A stretch of 64,000 nt of DNA from Selaginella moellendorffii. Lineage: Eukaryota > Plantae > Lycopodiophyta. Both the position numbers and the translations under genes were made by a program. Where the stretch lies: contig NW_003314264.1 in NCBI RefSeq assembly GCF_000143415.4, positions 947,570 through 1,011,569 on the forward strand. Direction: 5' to 3'. Positions 13,798 to 25,835 of the stretch are shown here, in pieces. Below the pieces are notes generated by a model. It did no database searches. It was not told the origin of the DNA and saw nothing but the letters and a program-made list of their open reading frames with translations. Numbering within the stretch: the first letter of the stretch is position 1; each line of letters begins with the position of its first letter.

Positions 13798-13990
13798 TGT
13801 AAGCAACTAAAGGGAACGACTCGAGAGATGATCCATAGGGGTTCAAATATAGAGGGAAAGGGCCCATGAATAAGAGTGCACCCCCTTTTCCAATCGGTTA
13901 AGGGTCTTGGGATAGTTGGAGTTAAGCGTCCTTGGGTTTGAATAGTACTGGGCTGGGTGACCTCCCGGGAAGTCCAAACTCAGGGCTTAC
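13798..13990 (+). mobile_element. 5S-rRNA-bearing insert (Cassandra/TRIM-like solo LTR) within gag of family B
   Basis: Inverted termini TGTAAGC..GCTTAC. 13920-13975 AGTTAAGCGTCCTTGGG..TAGTACTGGGCTGGGTGACCTCCCGGGAAGTCC matches the plant 5S rRNA box A to box C region. A second copy lies at 58149-58290. Confidence 0.7.
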
Positions 13991-14576
13991 TCAGGAAGTG
14001 TTGGATGTGGCCATCAAGGTGCATTTCAATGATAACCTGCGAAAGGGGAACACGACGGGGTCGGGATCCGCATTTAGCAAAGGGGCCAAACCAAGGGGAA
14101 CGTTTAGCAGAGGGAAATTCAAGAAGAGTTTCTCTAAGAATGAGTCCTCGGGGTTCCGGAAAGGCAAATCCGGTGGCCAACGAGCGAGTACGTGGGGGAG
14201 TCAAGCGAAAAGAGACAAACCCACAGATAAGAAGGTCAAGTCGTATAGCAGCGTGGGAAACAATGTATGCTACAACTGCGGTGAAGCGGGACACTTTTCG
14301 AGGGAATGTCCCTACCCGAAGAAGGCCAGAGCCAATATGACCATCAAGTCGGGTGAAGTCCAAACTGAGGTATGTGATCCAGTCCCTAACTCAAAGTTAC
14401 TCATTACACGAGCAACTTTGGTAGAGAGTCGTTCGCGACATCTACTAGCCCTCCGGGGGAAGCTAGGAGGTAGCTTTATTAAGATCCTTATTGATACGGG
14501 TGCTTCGGATAATTTTGTGGCTGCAGACATAGTCCGGCAAGCCGGACTAACGGTGCAGCGGCTAAAGCCTTCCTAA

Positions 14577-17500
14577 AGCGCAGCCAAAGGGATCTGAGCA
14601 ACGAACCGAAAAGGCAGAAAATGGCGATGGAGGTTTGAATGGTCTCGACAGTTGTTTATTGCAAGAGGAGGTGCTGTCAACATGCTGATTGGGATGCTAT
14701 TGAAGAGGAGAGAGCAAGATACAAGACATTGGCCTAGAAGGCAGCTCGCAATTTTGTGTATGAGGCATTACGGTCATTTGTTGATGCTTCAGAACATCAA
14801 GTGGGGGGCATGGTCTTCTAGAGGGGTTTGGTCTGCATGAAGGCATGGAGAATCATTTATGGAGTCCCTCGAACCACATTCTACAGAATCAAAACTGAGT
14901 TCGAGGAACAAAGGGTTCAATAAGCAGTCCATGGGAACGACGGTACTCACAAAACCAGGGGTCATGTTGTATATGGAGAGGCAATCTTCAAGAGGTTTGT
15001 CGAGACATGTAGCGAGCAGCAACCACATAAAACCCGCCTCTTGGAAGATGGAACTCGAGACACCCAATGAGTTCTCCCTTCCATGTATACCAAGGGGGCC
15101 ATATTGGAAGATGTGAATCGGGAACTCCAGAGTAATGGCTACAGGAAGCTGAGCCAATCTAGATTTAGTAGATTGTGGAGCAACAGGTTCAGGGATGTGA
15201 GTATAGGAAAGTACTCCAGCTTTTCAAAGTGTGATGAGTGCATTGCTATCAAAATGGCTTTGTCGAAGAATTCTTGCATTGCTCAAGAGCGAGAGACGTT
15301 GGTTAGAAGGCGGCTCGACCACAACATCGAGCAGAGAAGCTGCAGGACTGCATATTATCATAACAAGATTCTCTCCATGGAGAGACCTGACTCTTACCTC
15401 TGCATCATCCATGACAAAATGGACCAGAAAAAGACGTGCTTACCTTGACTCAATCCTGCCCCCAAGGCAATCTCTTCATCCATGCAGCTGCCTGTGTCTC
15501 TGTTTGGCATAATCGCTCATGGGCATGGTGCCCAGAACTATGGGAACTTCTTTGTACCTCTATGGGGTGGCGGGGGTGCAAACATGATGATTGCGTCCCT
15601 AGCAAAACACTTAAGGTCTCTGCAAAGTGCGCAGACTGAGCTGAACAGCCAACCCTTGCATAAGGCCCTTGTCGATCGAACCCCATACAGGGTTCAGCTG
15701 GAGGAGGAGCAAAGGCTTGCAGTATCGCGTGGGGCCCCATGCCATCCCAGTGAATATGTTGGCCGTCAGATTGTAGGGTTATCACGTGAGGCCTCATGCC
15801 ATTCCAACGAGGCTGGTCGCCCGGTGAATGCACAGCCTCATCCAAACGAAGCAAAATCTCAAGGAAGTTCTTGCGGCCGATGTGGCCTTCCACCCCATCT
15901 TCTGCTCCAAACAGACAATGCTGGCAGTGAGAACAAAAACATGTACGTCTTCGCGTACTTAGCGATGCTTGTTGCCAAAGGCATATTTGAAACGGTTACA
16001 CTTGGCTTTCTCATGGTTGGGCACACTCATGAAGACGTCGATGCCATGTTCAGTCACCTGGCAGAGTCCCTCCGGCGATCCAATGTCCTCACCCTCCCAC
16101 AACTCTATGATGAATTCCAAAATTGCATCAAAGGCACTGTTGAAGCTACACTTGTGACAGAGGTTCCAGACTTTAAGGGGTTTGTAAGAGGCTACATCAG
16201 GGACGGATCCGAAACACTGATTGGCCACTCCAAGCCTCTTCAGTTTCATTTCAGCATGCATGACGGTGCTCCAGTGATGAGGTACAAGATGAGAGAATGG
16301 GACACAGTGTGGCTGCCAGTGGACGGCATTGAACTCTTCAAGAGAGATCCCATAACTGGGGAACCTATGATTCCTCAGGGTTCCCCACGGCTGATGCACC
16401 CGGATGGACTCAAAGACCAGGAAAGTATAGTGGCCGGGATTAGACAGCATATTGCCTTCTAGAAGAGGGGGTTGGTGTTTGGTGGAGAATCCTATTTTAA
16501 GAGGTGCAAGCCTTTGCTCGAATACTGAGAGAAGGTTATATCTGCTATCCAAAATGGGCCGGTTGTATATGAAGAATTGGAAGAGTCCTTTTGGCCAGAA
16601 CCCAGAGCACCAGATAGTAGCGGAACAATGTCCTCTGGAAATGTAGTGACAGATAACGATGTTGAGGATCACTATTGTGGGCCGAGGAACAAGAAGCCGG
16701 ATTCAGCATTCAATCCAGTACAGGTCTGCAAAGGAATGGTCGTGCTTGTCAGACCCAGTAATAAAAAACAAATGATATGGGTGGGGTGCTGCATCACTGA
16801 TGCAGAGGAGGACGCAGAAACTAACTCCTTCAATGTAATTGTGGAGTGGTTCAAGCCAAGTTTCGGATATACGAAGGATTGCCTAGAAAAGAGATGGGTG
16901 CTGAATCCAAGGGATCCCAGTATGAGCATATCGGTGGATAATGTTGTGCATGGTTGGATGTGGAAGCAGAGTGCCACCATCACCTTGCCAGACCATGCAA
17001 GAGATGCAGCAAGAGCATTCATAACCCGGGTTCAAGGTGAGATTCATTAATATGCCTTTACTAAGTTTCTAATGTATTTTATTTCAAGGTGAACAATCCG
17101 AATCTGAATCAGAGGAGGTGTGATGGCATGTGGCCTTACGCCATTCCTAGGTGAGATGAAACAAATAACAAGTATAAATTCTTAGTTGTTCTAGCAAATC
17201 TTATTTAAAGTTCAAGGTGAACAAGCTGAATATGAATTCATCGGATTGTTATAACAAATTGCGAGGTGATGGCATGAGGCGATACGCCATTTGAGAGTGG
17301 TAGCCATTCCTATATGAGGTGAGTGAAATATTTATTAGAAATACCTCATTCAATTGTGCACTTCTAAGTCTTGGTCCACTCAGTACTGTTTGCATGGTTT
17401 TATTTTAATTCTTTCTCTAAAATGTTATTTAGCATGTGGCTTCATGCCATTGCTCTCCACAATCATGCATTGAATTTTTCTATCCTTGCATAATACTTCT

Positions 17501-18678
17501 CCATATATATAGCATGTGCGCACATGTGATATGGTTCATTAGGCCTGATATAGTGTGTGAGGTAAAACAAAGATGATGTGACATATGCATTTACCAATCA
17601 CACGTGCATAAATCTAATAATATGGCGTGTGGCCCATATTAATGGCACATAAACCCATATTGTGGGCTTACGTGCTTTATGTACCATCATTCCCTTGCAG
17701 CGTGTGTGTTGGTTTCCTTTTATAACACAACGAACTCCATATTTTAGGGTGAAGAGCGTTCTCATGGCAAACACAAAATCTGTAAGTGAGGCAAAAAAGG
17801 AAACGGAGAAGGAGATAGGTGAAGATGTAAAATATATAAGTCTTCCAAACTCCCCGTACTATACTCCAGGTGATCATTTTTCTGAACAAACGGCAACATT
17901 AACAACTATTGAGAACGCCCCAGTAACGTCAGAGACAACAATCCAAAGCAAAACAACTGACCTGGAGAAGGATGATAGTACCGCTGAGAGTACCAAAAAG
18001 GAGGTGTCCACTAGCGCTTAGGCTTATAATGGCGTGTGCCCTCATGCCATTTACTTGATCACCAAATACTTTTTTCCCTTTGCACTAGTATATCTTAATA
18101 CCGGTTTGAGAAATAGAATGGCATGTGCCCTCAGGCCTTTTACTAAATCACCTTTGAAAGAAAAGCAAGCCTCTATGTCGTAAAAAAAAGGTACTAGAGA
18201 AATTCCTTAATAATATGAATGTTATTTAGTTTCATGAAAATACACTAAGGGTCAAATGAGTTAAATGACTTCTCCAGACTAGCAATGCCTCTTGCTACAC
18301 CTTCACAATTAGATTTGTTCGAAAAAGATAACATTGAATAATATCTAAATGTTCTCACCATTAAGTTATATGTTTGGCTAATAGGAATGACATTCATCTT
18401 GGAAAGCTCACCACACGCTCAATGAACAAACAAATAGTGTGTGCGCGCATGCCATCGCTCTTCTTTAGCTTCAGATTCAGCTTGTTCACCTTGACAATGA
18501 GATTTATTATACAACTAGATGGACTCAGTCTGGACACAAAGTCACCGCGCTAGTCACCATGCCCCAGATATGTCTAGCCCCTAGACAAAAAACATATAAT
18601 TTCACGTCATTTTCAAATACTTGAAAATTTGTACCTAGTCCCATTTTACTGAATAAATCCCACTTTAACGAAATAGAG
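14577..18678 (+). mobile_element. 5'-truncated DNA transposon with frameshifted Sola-like/DUF7869-type DDE transposase (about 14650-17050)
   Basis: Motifs VCMKAWRIIYG, FSKCDEC, CIIHDKMDQKK, LQTDNAGSENKN and FLMVGHTHEDVDAMFS. Palindromic repeats at 17120-18460. Homology to the flanking gypsy resumes near 18679. Confidence 0.7.
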
Positions 18679-20081
18679 CATACTTGCAATAATTGAATTT
18701 CAAGCTCAAGATCTCTCATATACACAATTAGATTTGCCTCATCTTGTGTATATGCATGTGTACAGCTGTTCCCATAAAGAATGAAAACAAGCTTTGCCAC
18801 ATAATGCAATTATAAACAACAATATATAGTAATATACTGAGCAATAGAAAATTTGTATCAACCAAGATAGAGAAAATAATAGAAGATCTCTTGCTATAAA
18901 AATAAGTTTGAAAAGTAAATATTAAATAAACTAGTGTCGAGTGAACCCTTTGATGGTACTCTCAAAAGAAGGATGGAAAGGTTATTGACTTATTTGCACA
19001 ATAACCCTTTACTACTCATATAATTCTTTGTTTCTCAAAAGAATCTTCATATCAAGATTTTTCATTGTAGCAACACTAAAAAGACATTGTTGATGCCAAG
19101 GCCTCCACCTAGGAAATAAAGGATGCCAATCCAAAAAATCAATATATGTGGCCAACCTCATCATATGTTTAGTAGTAAATATCACAACCATGACCATGTC
19201 TTCTCCATTATCCTTAAACATGAGTAGCAAAAGCATCAACCTTTATCAGAACATGACCATCTCTCACAGAAAGTGGAGTTGAAGGATGTACAATGAGAAG
19301 TGGAAAAGGTGATATTTTATAATATTGTGTCAGTCGAAGAGCATCATTAAGGGTGGCTAAAGCAAATGTATGCACAAGTTCCACAAAATATTTACAAAGT
19401 GTTGGCAATAGTATTCCCAATTTGATATGCTCTAATATATTTGGCTCTATACAAAGCAAGATTGATGGTTTGTGTGGAGTAAAATATGTTTCTTGGAGTT
19501 GGAAGCAAATGCCAAATTGCATCACTGACTCATATGGCTCTTAACAAATATAATATAATTGTTAAAAAGTATCATCACAATCATTAATATGTCCAAATGT
19601 TCACTTGAATATATTCAAGTGAATACTCCAATTTATATAAGTGGCTGCACTTAAACCATTATATCATTGCAATGCCATCCCTTGGAGACATGTGGGAAAT
19701 GCAGAGCATTATCCCAAAAATAATGGGTAATAATCATTATAAGTGATTGAATTAATGGTACACATCATCCCTAAGATTCCCATGAAAGAATTCTAGCTAA
19801 ACACAAAGATTAGTAGTAAAAGAAAAAAGAATTGTATTATGTGTCGTGAATGCCACTATCAATTAGGTTTGGTTATTCAGTTACAACCATATAGCATTAA
19901 ACAATTACATCAATTGCTACTCTAGAGTCAAAGAAAGTAAAGGTTACTACTCTAACATAAAAATGAATGGAAATGAAAAAAGTAAAAGAGAATAAATTTT
20001 AAAAGCTATAAAGAAAGTCAATGCAAAAGCTAAATCAAAACCAAAATCCTAAATCTTTATTAATTAGCCTAAAAACCCTAA

Positions 20082-20155
<74 letters not shown>

Positions 20156-20272
20156 TGTGTCTGAGAAATATGTATATTAATAAGCCTAAAAACCTTAGCT
20201 TAGTCTGGATTGAAACCAATCTGATAACTATTAAAATCATATGGCATTGTAATTGTACACTTGAACCTCACA
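18679..20272 (-). mobile_element. Old, heavily deaminated copy of gypsy family C: LTR remnant, gag and protease region
   Basis: FILYGNSCTHAYTQDEANL matches FILYGNGHTHACARDEADL. WHPLFPRWRPWHQQ matches WRPPFPGWRPWRQQ. The LTR remnant ending at 20272 (rc TGTGAGGTTCAAGTGTAC) matches the 58984 LTR. Confidence 0.8.
20083..20160. repeat. (TA)n/(TG)n microsatellite
   Basis: Direct observation. Confidence 0.95.
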
Positions 20273-21243
20273 AATGTAATTAAAATAAATAAAAATAAAG
20301 AACAATTTTCTTATAAAAATTATAAGTAGATAAATATTTGTACTTCAACATGTAAAGATCTAGAATTTAAAACATCCAAACCATTAAAAATAACATCACT
20401 TTAGTGAATTAAATTATGAGTTAGAGCCATGGTTCTTGGAGTTGATCATGTGATTTTTGTAATATATTTTTGTTAGGAAACTAATTAAAGAATCAATACC
20501 ACAGGCAGACTCTAGAAAATGCCTTTTTTTATATAGGTTTGATAATTACAATCCCTCAAGCACATCTCTGGACCTCAACTTGTAACAATGCCCCACAAAA
20601 TAAAGAATGCAACCATGGACAGGCTGAGCACAGATGTTATTCTCAAGGGAATCAATAGCGCTTGAGTGTGGGAATGGGATGAGCTTACAAAACATCTGTA
20701 AAGTGGCTTAGTTTTCGAATTATCACAAAATATGATAGAAGCATAAAATTCTTGAGTGTTTTCTAAACTAACTTTCGAATCCAAAACACTATGTGTTCAC
20801 TATTCAAGATTCATGGAGGAAGTGTGCTCGCTCACATTGTCCAGCATTAGCTGGGCAAATTGCTGCTTATTAGTAGTCGGGCAGCCAGGGGCTTCAATCC
20901 CCGACTTCCTCTCGCTTTGGAGCGCTATCGGTCTTCCAGAACAAAGAGCTTCGACCGGAGAACAGTTGACTACCCCGCCTGAACTGATACACCTCAACAC
21001 CGTCGTGTCTGATGCTGAGGCTGCGCTGGAATTACCCTCATATGCCTGTGTGCCGCCAAGTCCATCGTCGTGCAAAGCAGCTAGACCCACGGCATTCCCA
21101 GTTCGGCAAAACATGCTCGTTTTGAGCATCCGATGTGGTTGGACCTTCCGCAGTCACAACAGCATGCTTGTCCTTCTCCATTTTCGACATGTTGCAATCG
21201 TTGTGTACATGCCTGCGTTACGGCATCCTGCGGTTTAAGCTTG

Positions 21244-21343
21244 TCAAGAGTTCTACCAGGTGCGCGTCAAATCTTCGTTGCTCCATTTGGTTTGATTCGA
21301 CCCGGAGCAACGAAGATTTGATCGCACCTGGTAGAACTCTTGA
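21244..21343. ncRNA. Near-perfect 40-bp-arm hairpin, candidate MIRNA/hpRNA precursor
   Basis: Arms 21244-21284 and 21304-21343 are reverse complements except for one small internal mismatch/bulge. The loop is 19 nt. Confidence 0.5.
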
Positions 21344-22827
21344 GGGACAGTTTCATTCCAGGCGATGAAGCTGCATATCTCGAAGCCGGAAGAATGGGAA
21401 AGTGAACCCATTCTCGGTAGCTCCAACCTCGTCGAGTGTTTTCAGTCATGTCTGATGTTCAAAGCCTCTTCTTGAGTGCACCTCTCGATCAGCCATTCTT
21501 CTTGCGAATGCGCGCCGCGATTGCCGAGTACGAGTTTGGCGCGTAACTGAAAACGAACTCAAGCTTCGAATGTGAGTCTATTACCTTTCAATCTCTTCTC
21601 CAAACCTAAACCCTGACATGGCCAGAAATGGAGCGAGTTTTCTTTTGTCCTCCTCAGCATGTATTGCAAGTGTTTAATCATCTCCGAGTGGCGTGGCCGA
21701 GACTGTCACCTCCTTCGCAGTTATGATTGAGAAGTACAAACGGGAGCGACAGTCCCTCTCAGTCTCTTGTTCTCCGCGATAACAAATTCCCGGAACAGTT
21801 TTCTCTTTCGTTTGATGGTGCTCGTCCGAACAGTTAGGTTGCGGCTGTTCTTTCTTTTTCACCCCAAAGTCTTAATGCAATTGCTGTGGTCCTTGCTGTT
21901 TCAAGGTGCATTCTGGACTTTACATTCGCAAATGGAGTCGAAAACGGACGAACGATTGTCATGGTCCGGAGGGATTTTGTCCGTGAGGTGTTTTGTACGA
22001 GACAGAGAAGGACGACATTAAGAGCTTGCCGGACACATAGAGCCAGACGTTGCAATCAACGTCTGCTCCAGATTGCAGACTTCTGTCAATGAAAAAGAAA
22101 GGAGATAGAGATTTATTTTTAGTTGAAGCCAAAAAATATTTAGATTAAAAATCCAAATTGAAATGGTTATCCTTTAAATTTTTCACAATATGCTCTCAAA
22201 GGGTAGATGCTGCTTTAGCACCTGAAGGAGATCATCAGTTACACGCTCCCACAAAGTCAGTCTTGCGTCACCTTTCTCCAAAGAGTGAAAGGACGTTGCT
22301 TATAGCTGCGAAAATTCCCGTGAAAGAAAAAAGAGCTGGTCTAGATCATGCGTTCCAGCTGTCGATACTTCCAAACAAAACCACAGAGCATGCCAAGTGC
22401 CGTGACTCGGGCCAAAAAACGAGATTAGTTTCCTCCATTCCAAAAACGTGTGACAGAAGGAGAGGAATTTCGGAGGGGTCAAACTTTTCTATCCTTTCCT
22501 CCCCGTTTGAAACTTCGCCCGCCCACCAGAAGGAAGAAGAAGGACGCAGTACAAAGCGGAAGCATTCCTTGTCAAAACCTTGAATGCCGCGTTTCCAAAA
22601 GCCTCTGCGCTGCTACAAAAACTACACTCTTTTCCTCTAGTCTTCCAAGAAAATTAGGAAAGGTGAGAGCCAAGAGGTCGAGCTTTGAGCTCCACTGTGA
22701 ATCGAAGCTTTAATTTTAGGCAGGACTGGGATCGCTAGGTGGTGATCCTTTTCGAAAAGTTTAGTCCCCTGTCTCCTCTAGCCTTTTACTAGCTGCGAGT
22801 TTTCCATTCGCTCTCCTCGATTAATCA

Positions 22828-23905
22828 ATGTGCAAGGCCGACAGGACGGAAGAACGCCGGCGAGAAAAAGAAATGCCGCAGCAGCAGCAGCAGCAGGATC
22901 GAGCAGTGGTGATCCGGCACAGCTCCTCCGAGCAGAGATTGTCCCTCCAGGAGCAATTCGACAAGCTCGAAGTGAGCAGCACTTGCAGCTCCAGCAGCAG
23001 CAGCAGCTATGGATCCAGCATTACCACCAACAGCGTCAGTAGCGGCAAGATCAAAGTTACCTTGCTCTACCGGAAGGCCGACAATTTCATCCTCTACATG
23101 GAGGCCGGCAAGGACTTCGTCGACTTGCTGCTTAGCTTCCTCACGCTCCCAATCGGCACGGCCATGAAGCTGCTCAGGGACAGCGCCGGATCCAAGCCCA
23201 GTGGTGGCATCGCCAACATCTACGACAGCCTCCTGGATCTGGACGAGTCGCTGTTCTACGTCGACAAGGAGCCGCTCGTCTCTCCAAAGCCGCTAGAAAG
23301 CCCCGAGTTGAGCATCGATCTTCTCAAGCCGAGCTTTGCTGCTGGAATTGAAGGTGGCGGCGGCGGCGGTGGTGGCACCACTCCAAAGAGAAGCATTGTC
23401 TACTACAAGTGTTGTAACCACGGCTGCTTGAGATTTGTCATCGATCTTCCCGGCCAGATCTGTCCCGTTTGCAAGTTTGCGATGAGTCACAAGCTGGAGC
23501 TCATCCAGCCCAAGGCCTCGTATCCGCCATCGCCAGTTGCTACTCCGACTACTCCGGTTGCTGCTGGTACACCGCGGCGAAAGGACAAGGTTGGCTACGT
23601 GAGGAAGAACAGGACCTTCATCATCACCGACAGCCTCGAGATTTTGCCGCTCTCGTCCATCACCGGGGTCATCCTTCTCAGCAAGCTCAAGCTTGACAGC
23701 CTGAAGGACTTGCAAAGTTGCCAAGTCTGTGTGGGAGTTCCAGAGGTACGTTTCTTCCTTTGCTTGTGTTTTATAATCTTCCGTCCGCCTGCTTTACTGA
23801 TTCTCATCTCCATTTTCTTTCTCTTGCCAGGTCCTGGAACTGCTCAGAGCATCCTTGAGCTCGCAGACAGCACTTAATGATGTTTTCGGGTCAAAGAAGA
23901 AGTAG
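22828..23905 (+). CDS. DUF674 family protein (2 exons; intron 23746-23830)
   Basis: EAGKDFVDLLLSFLTLPIGT, GGIANIYDSL and GYVRKNRTFIITDSLEILPLSS. The spliced end reads EVLELLRASLSSQTALNDVF. The start may be the second Met. Confidence 0.88.
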
Positions 23906-24210
23906 CTTCGATCGGATCGTTCTTTTTTCAATAGAGTTTTGCGAACTTTGTAGATCGGGTTCTGCAAATAGAGTATACAAACATGAGAATATATAAATAT
24001 CGACCGTACCAGAAATAATCGAGTCAAAAAGGAACCTCCAACTTCTAAAGCTGCTGGTCCAATGAAACTCCCAAGTCACATAGCCAAAAAGGAAGCCATC
24101 ACAGCAATTGCCTTAGTGGCTGGTGGGCCACACAAAAAGAGAGACAAAATGAAAGGGAAAAGTCTTACGATTTTCGGTTCTTGATCGACCAGACGTATGA
24201 AAGAATGCAG

Positions 24211-25483
24211 CTAGATGCGAACCAGTGTTTCGACGCTGAATGGGAAGTTGTAAGGTGGTCCCTTGTCGTAGAGCATCTCCACCAGGAATTCACAAGTTCG
24301 GCTCGACGGATGATAGGCGTCCCAGAAGTAGTATTCGGAGGCGTCATTACAAACGGGGACCCCAGGAACACAGCTTTGTATCTGCTTAAACACACCGCAG
24401 CAAGCATCGTTCACGTTTTTTATTCCTGTAAGAAAAGTTTCACCTTTTCTTCGTTAGCGAAAAAAATTGAGAACTCTGTGACTCACCGAATGGAGCGGGA
24501 TCTTGGACGATGGACATCATCTGGTAGTACAGGTCCGAGTAGACGATGTGAGCCTCTGGCAGCTCGTGGTTGAGAGCGGTGAGCGCACGATGAAGAGCAC
24601 GGTTGTACTTCATCACGGGACTGTTCAGGAAGTGGACGCACGAGCTCCTGCCATACCTGGCGAGCTGCGCAGGAACACAACCCATCGCTCCAACCCCAGC
24701 GATCACAAACTTTCGTGCTCCCAAGTTGTAAAGTTCCTGAGGCTCGAATGTCAGACAAATCACAGGAAGAGAAGAAAAAACACTCACTCTGGTTTGCTCC
24801 AGCAGCTTGGAAAGGAGTGTGTTCTGAAATCTCAGATTGGAAACAGCTCCAGTTAACGGGTATGTCATTGTATAGTCGTTGTTCCCTGTGAAAATGGAAA
24901 AGAGAGACCTGGATAGCATATCTGTTGCATTGGCTGAGCCAACCATGGAAACCAGTTCTTCCTTTACTTTCGCAAAGTTTTGCACTTGCTCGGTGATCTG
25001 AATCAGCTGGCCCTGGACAAACTACCGTGATCTAGCAATGTTCTAGGCTCGAATATAGAAGACTTACAACATTGATATTTGTTATATCGAGGATCCCAGA
25101 CCCAGCAGAAGCGAAGTTGACCCCGCTGAGCATCGCAAGTCCTTTAGTGGACGGATCCATGAACGCTGGCAGCAATGGCAATCCCAACCTTGCCGCTGTA
25201 TCCAGACAAGGAAACATCAGTACAGCATCTAAAGTCACAAAAACATACCAAGAAAGTCGATTTGATTCCTTCCATTGGTGAATCTCCCAGTTGGTTTTCC
25301 GGTGTCAAATTCTCTTCCATAAGGTGGAAAGTTCGCTTTCGCAAGAGTGACAAGGTAGTTGTTGTTGCCGACATCTGCCAAGGAGTCACCGAATGCAAAC
25401 AAGGCAGGAACTTCGGCAGTAAAACCAGAACGAACAAAAGCGGGAAGAAGCAGTGCAAGAAACGTAGCCAACCTTGGACACAT
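24211..25483 (-). CDS. GDSL esterase/lipase (SGNH), secreted, multi-exon
   Basis: Signal peptide, FAFGDSLADVGNNN, PTGRFTNG, GVNFASAGSG, FTGNND and YFWDAYHPS. Confidence 0.95.
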
Positions 25484-25835
25484 TTTGCTTCTCCTGCAGG
25501 CAGTGAGGCCTAGCTGCGGGTTTAAATGCTCAGGCGCACTAGCTCTAGCGCGTTGTAGCTCCACAAAGTACGTCCCAGGCTGCTTTGCCAGTGTTGTTGA
25601 TAAGGCCTGTCAAGAATAAATGGAATCGTGACATCGTTCCCGGTGCATAAATGCGCGCACAGGCCATCATTTCAAATGCTCGCAGACAGGTTGGAAAATA
25701 CTCTTTCCTGAGAAGAAATTACATCCAAAATCAGTCTAAGACAAGAATATCAATAAAAATCACCAAGCCAAAGTAAATCCCGTGTGGTGCTGCCACAGAT
25801 AGTACATAAAGGTGCCGTTTAGTTGAGCCCTCGCA

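Larger units (their letters stand above)
11746..14576 (+). mobile_element. Ty3/gypsy retrotransposon family B, 5' part only (LTR, PBS, gag, protease start)
   Basis: LTR TGTAAG..CTTACA at 11746-12923, PBS TGGTATCGGAGC at 12927-12938. Gag runs 12983-13798 and 13995 onward (retrotransposon gag core YLADNAKSWW..TWEMMK, zinc knuckle CYNCGEAGHFSREC). Protease LIDTGAS follows. Truncated at 14576. Confidence 0.9.

Noticed and set aside
13920-13975. Functional 5S rRNA gene
   Set aside because: Only the internal 56 nt match. The 5' half, 3' end and terminator are missing.
17662-18021. 119-aa ORF inside the DNA transposon 3' region
   Set aside because: Low-complexity T/E/K-rich with no motif. It may be an accessory ORF but is unsupported.
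20575-22713. Several 60-160 aa ORFs around the hairpin
   Set aside because: No recognisable domain or consistent exon chain, so no gene was called.
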